Origin: an uncultured virus (IMG/VR IMGVR_UViG_3300032181_000411)
Lineage: Duplodnaviria; Heunggongvirae; Uroviricota; Caudoviricetes
Direction: 5' to 3' (one strand)
DNA length: 20,000 nt
IMG/VR virus record: IMGVR_UViG_3300032181_000411
The position numbers and the translations under genes were made by a program. This document shows positions 6,947 through 13,546 of the stretch, one piece after another (position 1 is the stretch's first letter; every line of letters begins with the position of its first letter). The notes beneath the pieces are model-generated. The model was not told where the DNA came from, ran no database searches, and saw nothing but the letters and a program-made list of their open reading frames with translations.

Positions 6947-7446
6947 TGAAAAAATTTAATGAGGTTGTTTTAAATGTCACAGTAGCGATACTTGATTTTT
7001 TGTATCAAGGTCGTGACATACAACGTTTTTGGGTGCTTGAGACTATTGCTCGGGCACCCTATTTTGCTTTCTTGAGTGTCTTACATTTCAAGGAGTCTCT
7101 AGGTCTCAGGACCCCAGAACACTTTGACCTGATGGTAGAACACTTCGAGCAAACAGTTAATGAAACCGTACACTTAGAGGAGATGGAACGCCGTGGTGGA
7201 CATACTGCTTGGATTGATAGGTTCTTCGCTTATCATTTGGTGCTGGTCTACTATTGGATTATGGTCGCTTATTTTGCTGTGTTGCCTAGGTATGCTTATC
7301 ATCTGAACTCGGAAGTAGAACTTCACGCTTCTGTGACATACGCAAAGTATCTTGTTACAAATCCTGACGATCAGAAAATCATCGATATAATGAATGATGA
7401 ATTACACCACTACCAAGAGTTAGTCTTGGCTATGGAGAAAATCTGA
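6943..7446 (+). CDS. ptox: Plastoquinol terminal oxidase (PTOX, alternative oxidase family)
   Basis: RFWVLETIARAPYFAFLSVLH, NETVHL, EVELHA and DELHH give the E/ExxH di-iron ligands; adjacent to petE, as is usual in cyanophages. Confidence 0.93.
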   Translation: MMKKFNEVVLNVTVAILDFLYQGRDIQRFWVLETIARAPYFAFLSVLHFKESLGLRTPEHFDLMVEHFEQTVNETVHLEEMERRGGHTAWIDRFFAYHLVLVYYWIMVAYFAVLPRYAYHLNSEVELHASVTYAKYLVTNPDDQKIIDIMNDELHHYQELVLAMEKI

Positions 7447-7664
7447 TGTTCAAAAACTGGGGCAAAGGTATAGAACCACCCGAATTCACAACTAAAGAAG
7501 AAGTACAGGAGATGATCGACGATGCCATACGAAAGCATAATCGTAATGCTTCAATTATCAGTATGTGTGTTGGTTGGGTTGTTCTTGCACTTTTTGCTGA
7601 GGGTCTGCTTAGACTCATTGGAGTAATCGATCCCGTATTCCCATGGCTCAACATACACTTATAA
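7446..7664 (+). CDS. Small membrane protein, hypothetical
   Basis: 72 aa; TGATG coupling to PTOX; hydrophobic segment SIISMCVGWVVLALFAEGLLRLIGVI. Confidence 0.78.
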   Translation: MFKNWGKGIEPPEFTTKEEVQEMIDDAIRKHNRNASIISMCVGWVVLALFAEGLLRLIGVIDPVFPWLNIHL

Positions 7665-7825
7665 TTGAATGGATAGGTATAATCCTAGCACTTGTGTTTG
7701 GAGTAACTATGTTCTGCCAAGGACATGCTATCTTCCATGGTAAATACGGGTACAAACACACAGAGCGTGAGAAGAAAAAAATGTCTGACGCTCGTAAACA
7801 AGTAGAGGATTTATTTAAAAAATGA
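7643..7825 (+). CDS. Small single-TM hypothetical protein
   Basis: 60 aa; TM segment IIEWIGIILALVFGVTMFC followed by a charged tail; ATGA overlap with gnd. Confidence 0.75.
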   Translation: MAQHTLIIEWIGIILALVFGVTMFCQGHAIFHGKYGYKHTEREKKKMSDARKQVEDLFKK

Positions 7826-8868
7826 AAGTAGGAATTATCGGATTGGGTCGTATGGGTGAGGGTATGTCCCGCCGTATGATCTCAGCAGGACACGAAGTAC
7901 ATGGTTATCGAAACAATGTTAAAAAAGCTGAAGAACAATATGAGAAGGGTTATATCAGTGGATATACCACTTCTGTGGAAAGCCTTGTTCAAGTAGTTCA
8001 CAACGGACGTGGAGTGTTTGGAGATGAGTCATTCAAACCTGGCGTCTTTATGATGGTTGTACCAGCAGAAACTGTAGAGGACACACTTAATGACTTACTA
8101 CGATATTGTCGTGAAGGCGACATTATTATTGATCATGGCAATTCCAATTTTAAAGACTCTAGACGCAGGGCAGAAAGGTTGTCTAAACTTGGCATCCAAT
8201 ATATTGACTGTGGTACTAGTGGTGGTGTTTATGGTTTGGACCGTGGATACTGTCTTATGGTTGGGGGCAGAGATACTGCAGTCGCCACTTGTGCGCCAAT
8301 TTTTAACGCCCTCTCCCCAGGTATCTCTGCCGCCGAACGTACACAACCTAATGATTTCGTAACACAAGCAGAAATGGGTTGGTTACATTGTGGTGGTCCA
8401 GGTGCTGGACACTTCGTTAAGATGGTCCACAATGGTATTGAATACGGTATTATGCAAGCATATGCCGAAGGTTTTAATATTCTACATGAAGCAAATGCTG
8501 GATCTAAGTATGTCAAAGAAGGAGACGCCGAGGTTGCCCCAATGGACTGCCCCGCCGATTATTGCTACGACATTAAAGTTGATGAGGTGGCTGAGCTTTG
8601 GCGTCGTGGTAGCGTGGTTGGTAGTTGGTTACTTGACCTTACCGCTGTTGTACTACGCCGCGATAGAGAGCTTAGCAAGTTCGATGGGGGAGTATCAGAC
8701 TCTGGTGAGGGGCGTTGGACTGTTCACGCTGCTGTGGATCTTGGCGTACCCGCTCCTGTCATCAGCAGTGCGTTGTGGGCACGTTTTGAGTCGCGCCGTC
8801 TTGGTGCTTTCACAGCCAAGGTTTTGAATGGAATGAGAGCTATGTTTGGTGGTCATGACGTTCGCTGA
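7822..8868 (+). CDS. gnd: 6-phosphogluconate dehydrogenase (short form)
   Basis: Rossmann motif GIIGLGRMG, IIDHGNS, DCGTSGG, catalytic motif GAGHFVKMVHNGIEYGIMQAYAEG, DSGEGRWT and C-terminal MRAMFGGH. Confidence 0.96.
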   Translation: MKVGIIGLGRMGEGMSRRMISAGHEVHGYRNNVKKAEEQYEKGYISGYTTSVESLVQVVHNGRGVFGDESFKPGVFMMVVPAETVEDTLNDLLRYCREGDIIIDHGNSNFKDSRRRAERLSKLGIQYIDCGTSGGVYGLDRGYCLMVGGRDTAVATCAPIFNALSPGISAAERTQPNDFVTQAEMGWLHCGGPGAGHFVKMVHNGIEYGIMQAYAEGFNILHEANAGSKYVKEGDAEVAPMDCPADYCYDIKVDEVAELWRRGSVVGSWLLDLTAVVLRRDRELSKFDGGVSDSGEGRWTVHAAVDLGVPAPVISSALWARFESRRLGAFTAKVLNGMRAMFGGHDVR

Positions 8869-8986
8869 TGTCTTACTTTGGGCAGCACTACCTTTTGTAT
8901 GTGCCACCATCTATTTCGGGAAACGAAAAGGTGAAAATAACTATTACGAATCAGACGACTACGATGGAAACGGAACCGCTCACTAA
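8855..8986 (+). CDS. ndhP: NdhP-like small subunit of the NDH-1L complex (43 aa)
   Basis: Hand translation, not in the ORF track: MTFADVLLWAALPFVCATIYFGKRKGENNYYESDDYDGNGTAH. One TM helix plus a tail matching the cyanobacterial NdhP pattern FG-x-R/K...Y-D/E-x-D-x-Y-x-GNG-S/T-AH. Confidence 0.85.
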   Translation: MTFADVLLWAALPFVCATIYFGKRKGENNYYESDDYDGNGTAH

Positions 8987-10301
8987 AGGAATTGTTATCT
9001 TCGGAGCAACGGGAGACCTTTGTAAGAAGAAACTAATTCCTGCTCTTTATAAACTGTGGAAGAAAGATCTTCTTCCACACAATTTTTTAATCACTGGTTG
9101 TGCCAGAAGACAACCAACAGCAGCACAATGGAAAGAATCTCTTGGTGATTATCCAGAAGAGTTTTTCCATCAACTAGACTACGTTTCAGCGGACTTGGAC
9201 AATGTTGACACTCTCAGTCACCTTCCTGATTACCTCCACGATAATACTTATTTTCTTTCGGTTCCTCCCGAAAGATATGCTAACGCTATTGTCAATCTCA
9301 AAGAGGCAGGTAAACTCAATGACCCCGAAGCATCCCGTGTGGTTATTGAGAAACCCTTTGGGTACGATTATAAATCTGCTGATAATCTACAGTCTGTGGT
9401 GGAGCGACATCTACGGGAGAAACAAGTATATCGCATTGACCATTATCTTGGCAAAGATACTGTTAATAACATACTTGCTACTAGGTTTAGCAATATTCTG
9501 CTGGAACCACTTTGGAATCGCCAGTACATAGACGAGATTCAAATCTTTGCTTCCGAAACTATTGGTTGTGAAGGTCGCTCACAATACTACGAGACTGCTG
9601 GTGCTGTACGTGACATGCTACAAAACCACATTCTTCAAGTTCTAGCGTTGATTGCTATGGAACCCCCAAGCAAAATGAATGCAAGGGAAATCAGACGTGA
9701 AAAGACAAAAGTTCTCGCCGCTACTAGAATGAGCGGGAACATTATTTTGGGACAGTACGATGGTTACCGTAGCGAAGAGGGCGTTGATCCTAACAGTGGT
9801 ACTCCTACCTATTTTGCTGGGACTCTATTCGTCGATAACTGGCGTTGGGAGGGGGTTCCTTTTAACGTCATGACAGGCAAGAAACTACCATATCAATGTG
9901 TAGAGGTAGTCATTAAACTCAAAGCACCACCGCTAAAATTATATGAAGGAGAAGTTAACGACCGTATCGTCATGCGTCTACAGCCTAACCCTCATCTCGA
10001 TATCCGTATGGATATTAAGTCACCTGGGCTCAATGACGACTTGGAGTTGGCAACACTCACCCACGCCTATCCACAGGACAGAGCAATAGATGGATATGAA
10101 AAACTTCTTTATGACGCTATCAATGGGGACCAGTCCCACTTTGTACACGCTGATGAAGTCATGGAGTCATGGAGGATCGTTGATGATCTTCTCTGTACTG
10201 GTGACAGTTGTCCCATTCGTACTGCTCCTTATCTCTATCTTGGTGGATGGGGACCGTCACACAAAACAGAATTCATAACCAACTGGGATTATCCAGCATG
10301 A
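8964..10301 (+). CDS. zwf: Glucose-6-phosphate dehydrogenase (445 aa from the probable start at 8964; frame open from 8868)
   Basis: IFGATGDL, RVVIEKPFG, YRIDHYLGK, GAVRDMLQNH and DNWRWEGVPF motifs. Confidence 0.96.
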   Translation: METEPLTKGIVIFGATGDLCKKKLIPALYKLWKKDLLPHNFLITGCARRQPTAAQWKESLGDYPEEFFHQLDYVSADLDNVDTLSHLPDYLHDNTYFLSVPPERYANAIVNLKEAGKLNDPEASRVVIEKPFGYDYKSADNLQSVVERHLREKQVYRIDHYLGKDTVNNILATRFSNILLEPLWNRQYIDEIQIFASETIGCEGRSQYYETAGAVRDMLQNHILQVLALIAMEPPSKMNAREIRREKTKVLAATRMSGNIILGQYDGYRSEEGVDPNSGTPTYFAGTLFVDNWRWEGVPFNVMTGKKLPYQCVEVVIKLKAPPLKLYEGEVNDRIVMRLQPNPHLDIRMDIKSPGLNDDLELATLTHAYPQDRAIDGYEKLLYDAINGDQSHFVHADEVMESWRIVDDLLCTGDSCPIRTAPYLYLGGWGPSHKTEFITNWDYPA

Positions 10302-10540
10302 AAAAAGAAGATGAAGAAAAGAAAAAAAGAATAGAAGAGATCAGTAAACATCTTCATCCACATAATGATGAACCTGATCCTACTGCCCACATGGGAAACT
10401 ATAACTTCCCTCAAATGCTTTTTGCTTTCTGTGTCGGATTTTGCACCATGTTTGTCTTAGCAGTAGATGAGATAAACGATTTCAAAGGATGTCCACTACC
10501 CGAGTATTTCCAAAATGAATCACGTTCAGCTCCTGGTTAG
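10298..10540 (+). CDS. 80-aa single-TM hypothetical protein
   Basis: ATGA overlap with the zwf stop supports a start at 10298 rather than 10208. TM segment MLFAFCVGFCTMFVLAV followed by FKGCPLPEYF. Confidence 0.72.
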   Translation: MKKEDEEKKKRIEEISKHLHPHNDEPDPTAHMGNYNFPQMLFAFCVGFCTMFVLAVDEINDFKGCPLPEYFQNESRSAPG

Positions 10541-10673
10541 ATCTGTTATGAATACCCCATGGTGCTTAGGTGTCATGGGGTTTTGTCTTGTATTTGTTCC
10601 CATCATAGGTATGCACCTTGTACATAAATATGGTTGGGAACACTGGGAACCTTTCTCTAGGAGTCACAAATGA
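10515..10673 (+). CDS. 52-aa single-TM hypothetical protein (HKYGWEHWEPF motif)
   Basis: Hand translation: MNHVQLLVRSVMNTPWCLGVMGFCLVFVPIIGMHLVHKYGWEHWEPFSRSHK. It fills the gap and has an ATGA overlap with the 10670 ORF. Confidence 0.78.
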   Translation: MNHVQLLVRSVMNTPWCLGVMGFCLVFVPIIGMHLVHKYGWEHWEPFSRSHK

Positions 10674-10879
10674 ACCCCATAATTTTAGTTGGGTGCTTTA
10701 CACCCCTCATCATCATTTTTATCGTGATGAAACTTGCTGTTTGGATTGATGCCGTAAATGCTGAACAGGATTATGTCAGACAAGAACCTTTACGAAAACG
10801 AGGACCCTTTGTGGAGAATCCATATGCTGACGTTGATGAAGAGGAAGAGGAATATGGAGATCGGACAGACTATCGATAA
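10670..10879 (+). CDS. 69-aa hypothetical protein with N-terminal TM and acidic tail
   Basis: AGGAG RBS upstream; hydrophobic N-terminus IILVGCFTPLIIIFIVMKLAVWI; tail YADVDEEEEEYGD. Confidence 0.78.
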   Translation: MNPIILVGCFTPLIIIFIVMKLAVWIDAVNAEQDYVRQEPLRKRGPFVENPYADVDEEEEEYGDRTDYR

Positions 10880-10997
10880 AGCACTAGAAGAATATTATTC
10901 AGAAAAAGGTCTTCCAGTTCCTCGCTGGAAAAAGGAGAAACATTCCTGGTGGCGTGAATACTTAGAGTCATTAGGAATGGATCCCAATAACCCATGA
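10854..10997 (+). CDS. 47-aa hypothetical protein
   Basis: Probable start at 10854 (GAGG upstream) inside the 10758 ORF: MEIGQTIDKALEEYYSEKGLPVPRWKKEKHSWWREYLESLGMDPNNP; ATGA overlap with the next gene. Confidence 0.68.
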   Translation: MEIGQTIDKALEEYYSEKGLPVPRWKKEKHSWWREYLESLGMDPNNP

Positions 10998-11191
10998 ATG
11001 AAGAACAAGACTACGATTACGAAGTAAAGTTAACCATAGAAGATATCCATCTTCTACATCAATGTGTGCTGAAAAGAATTGAGACTTGGGAAGGTTCTCC
11101 CTCTCGACATCCCACTGAGCAAGAGCACCTCTGGTACTTAAGGGATTCTATGTATCGAATGATATTAGAATATAAATTTGAAAACATGTGA
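10994..11191 (+). CDS. 65-aa hypothetical protein
   Basis: Coupled ORF; LTIEDIHLLH...WEGSPSRHPTEQEHLWYLRD...ILEYKF. Confidence 0.75.
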   Translation: MNEEQDYDYEVKLTIEDIHLLHQCVLKRIETWEGSPSRHPTEQEHLWYLRDSMYRMILEYKFENM

Positions 11192-11275
11192 TATGCTTAT
11201 CAAATCGTAGCCATTCTTTACACTATTTTTTACTAGATAGTCTATAATACTAATAACCCTACGGAACGAACCAAA

Positions 11276-11557
11276 ATGGAAGATGACCGTCAATTTTCGG
11301 ACTTATCTATGTCACGTGCTGAGTGTCCTAAGTGTGGAGCAACTTGGATCAACGGAGAACATAGATGGTCTGGTACGGGTGTAAAAGGCAGCGATTTAGA
11401 TCTTGCTGGTTTGGTATGTAATAAACTGGGTGATTTCCAGTGTATCAATCCAGCGAAAGGAAAGGATGGTGGAGATACCTGGGAGAAGAGAATGGAAGAC
11501 CTTGACAAGTTTGGAGAGAAATACGAAGAGGGAGAATCCCAGTGGTGGAATAAATAG
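11276..11557 (+). CDS. Cys-rich hypothetical protein (CPKC...C...C, possibly metal-binding)
   Basis: 93 aa; ECPKCGATWING, DLAGLVCNKLG and CINP; preceded by TAGATA/TATAAT. Confidence 0.8.
   Translation: MEDDRQFSDLSMSRAECPKCGATWINGEHRWSGTGVKGSDLDLAGLVCNKLGDFQCINPAKGKDGGDTWEKRMEDLDKFGEKYEEGESQWWNK
11550..11556 (+). promoter_or_regulatory. Late promoter ATAAATA for gp17
   Basis: Ends 22 nt before ATG 11578. Confidence 0.7.
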
Positions 11558-11577
11558 TTACATATGAATAGTATGTA

Positions 11578-13233
11578 ATGGGTGCTGGAGACGACATTTA
11601 TCTTGGTAATCCGCTTCTAAAGAAAGCGAATGTACAAATTGATTTTACCAAGGAGCAACTAGAAGAATACATCAAGTGTGCTAAAGATCCTGTATATTTT
11701 ACCAAGAACTATGTACAGATCGTTTCACTTGACGAAGGTCTGGTGCCATTCAAGATGTGGGACTTCCAAGAAGAACTAATCAAGAAGTTTCACAATAATA
11801 GATTTAACATTGCTAAGTTACCACGACAGACTGGTAAGTCTACCACCGTGGTATCTTATTTGCTGCATTATATTTTGTTCAACGATAACGTTAACATCGG
11901 TATCCTAGCGAACAAAGCATCTACTGCTAGAGACCTTCTAGCACGTTTGGCTACAGCATATGAAAACTTACCCAAGTGGATCCAGCAAGGTGTGGTAGTA
12001 TGGAACAAAGGAAACATCGAATTAGAAAATGGCAGTAAGATATTGGCAGCTTCTACGTCTGCAAGTGCTGTCCGAGGTATGTCGTTTAACATCATCTTTC
12101 TCGACGAGTTCGCGTTCGTCCCGAATCACATTGCTGAGTCGTTCTTTGCCTCTGTTTATCCTACTATTACTTCTGGTAAAAGTACGAAAGTAATTATCAT
12201 TTCTACCCCACAGGGTATGAACCACTTCTATAAGATGTGGACTGATGCTGTTAACGAGAGAAATGGATATACGTATCACGAAGTACACTGGTCACAAGTC
12301 CCTGGTAGAGACGCCAAGTGGAAAGAAGAGACCATCAAGAACACATCAGAAAGACAGTTTACCCAGGAATTTGAATGTGAATTCTTAGGATCTGTTGACA
12401 CCCTAATCTCAGCTGCTAAACTACGTGCGCTAACATTTGAAGAACCCATAAGTTCCAATAAAGGGTTGGATGTTTATGAAAAACCAAAAGACAAATCCGA
12501 ATACCTTCTTACGGTTGATGTTAGTAGGGGTATTGGGGGAGACTATTCTGCTTTTATTGTTTTTGATATTACAACTGTTCCCTACAGGGTAGTAGCAAAA
12601 TATAGGAACAACGAAGTTAAACCAATGCTGTTCCCCAACGTTATCAATGATGTAGCGAGAGCATATAATAACGCTTGGGTTCTAGCAGAAGTAAATGATA
12701 TTGGAGATCAGGTAGCATCTATCTTAAACTACGATCTAGAGTATCCTAATGTTCTCATGTGTGCTATGAGAGGACGTGCTGGACAGATTGTGGGACACGG
12801 ATTCTCTGGCACAAAGACACAGCTAGGTGTCAAGATGAGTGTTACTGTCAAGAAGGTTGGTTGTGCCAACCTAAAGAGTATCGTAGAAGATGATAAGTTA
12901 GTATTCAATGACTACGATTTAATCAACGAACTTACTACGTTCATTCAGAAAAAGCAATCCTTTGAAGCTGATGAAGGATTCCATGATGACCTAGTAATGT
13001 GTATGGTAATCTTTGCTTGGTTAGTCCAACAGGATTACTTTAAAGAGATGACTGATAATGATGTTCGTAAGAGAATTTATGACGAACAAAAAAATCAGAT
13101 CGAACAAGATATGGCACCATTTGGATTTATCACCACTGGTCTAGAAGGTGATGAAGGATTTGTTGAGGATGGAACATTGTGGGAATATGGTGACACACAA
13201 GAAGATGTTTCTTATATGTGGAATACCTACTAA
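11578..13233 (+). CDS. gp17: Terminase large subunit gp17
   Basis: YLGNPLLK, Walker A PRQTGKST, Walker B IIFLDEFAF, ISTPQG, FTQEFECEF, and nuclease motifs TVDVSRG..GDYS and HDDLVM. Confidence 0.97.
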   Translation: MGAGDDIYLGNPLLKKANVQIDFTKEQLEEYIKCAKDPVYFTKNYVQIVSLDEGLVPFKMWDFQEELIKKFHNNRFNIAKLPRQTGKSTTVVSYLLHYILFNDNVNIGILANKASTARDLLARLATAYENLPKWIQQGVVVWNKGNIELENGSKILAASTSASAVRGMSFNIIFLDEFAFVPNHIAESFFASVYPTITSGKSTKVIIISTPQGMNHFYKMWTDAVNERNGYTYHEVHWSQVPGRDAKWKEETIKNTSERQFTQEFECEFLGSVDTLISAAKLRALTFEEPISSNKGLDVYEKPKDKSEYLLTVDVSRGIGGDYSAFIVFDITTVPYRVVAKYRNNEVKPMLFPNVINDVARAYNNAWVLAEVNDIGDQVASILNYDLEYPNVLMCAMRGRAGQIVGHGFSGTKTQLGVKMSVTVKKVGCANLKSIVEDDKLVFNDYDLINELTTFIQKKQSFEADEGFHDDLVMCMVIFAWLVQQDYFKEMTDNDVRKRIYDEQKNQIEQDMAPFGFITTGLEGDEGFVEDGTLWEYGDTQEDVSYMWNTY

Positions 13234-13460
13234 TGGATATAGAAGATCAGTTTTCACTTGATCATTTACTTTTCAAGGAGAGAGTATGTAGAACATGTGG
13301 TGAGAAAAAAGATTTACTTACCGATTTTTATTTGACGAGAAAAAATAAGAGACCACTACCATCAGCATATTCATACGAGTGTAAAGATTGTACTATCAAA
13401 AGGGTTATAGATTCTAGAAAATACAAACCAGGATCACCCGAGGTATATCCAGATTGGTAG
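13233..13460 (+). CDS. Zinc-finger protein (CxxC...CxxC), 75 aa
   Basis: TAATG coupling to gp17 supports a start at 13233. RVCRTCGEKK...FY...YECKDC resembles the Zn-finger of some phage endonucleases, but no nuclease domain is visible. Confidence 0.75.
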   Translation: MDIEDQFSLDHLLFKERVCRTCGEKKDLLTDFYLTRKNKRPLPSAYSYECKDCTIKRVIDSRKYKPGSPEVYPDW

Positions 13461-13501
13461 GTTGTTCACGTATTGTTTCCCCCGTGGAAAAGTCCAGAAT
13501 A

Positions 13502-13508
13502 ATAAATA
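13502..13508 (+). promoter_or_regulatory. Late promoter ATAAATA for gp18/gp19
   Basis: Intergenic, ending 39 nt before ATG 13547; an AGGAG RBS follows. Confidence 0.75.
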
Positions 13509-13546
13509 TTTTTAGATTAAATCTGGATCACCCATAGGAGAAAAAC

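Noticed and set aside
10624..10630. ATAAATA inside the 52-aa ORF
   Set aside because: It is explained by His-Lys-Tyr codons. It could act as a promoter for 10670, but there is no independent support.
11207..11248. Possible NtcA box (GTA...TAC) and TTTACA/TATAAT promoter
   Set aside because: The spacing is GTA-N9-TAC rather than N8, and the -35/-10 spacer is 20 nt.
4922..11577. Separation of gp16 from gp17 by an AMG island as a novelty in itself
   Set aside because: A variable g15-g18 region carrying petE, PTOX, gnd and zwf is established for cyanomyoviruses; only its internal details are flagged.
13465..13490. Hairpin TTTCC-CCCGT-GGAAA upstream of the gp18 promoter
   Set aside because: The stem is only 5 bp with no U-tract, which is insufficient for a terminator or ncRNA call.
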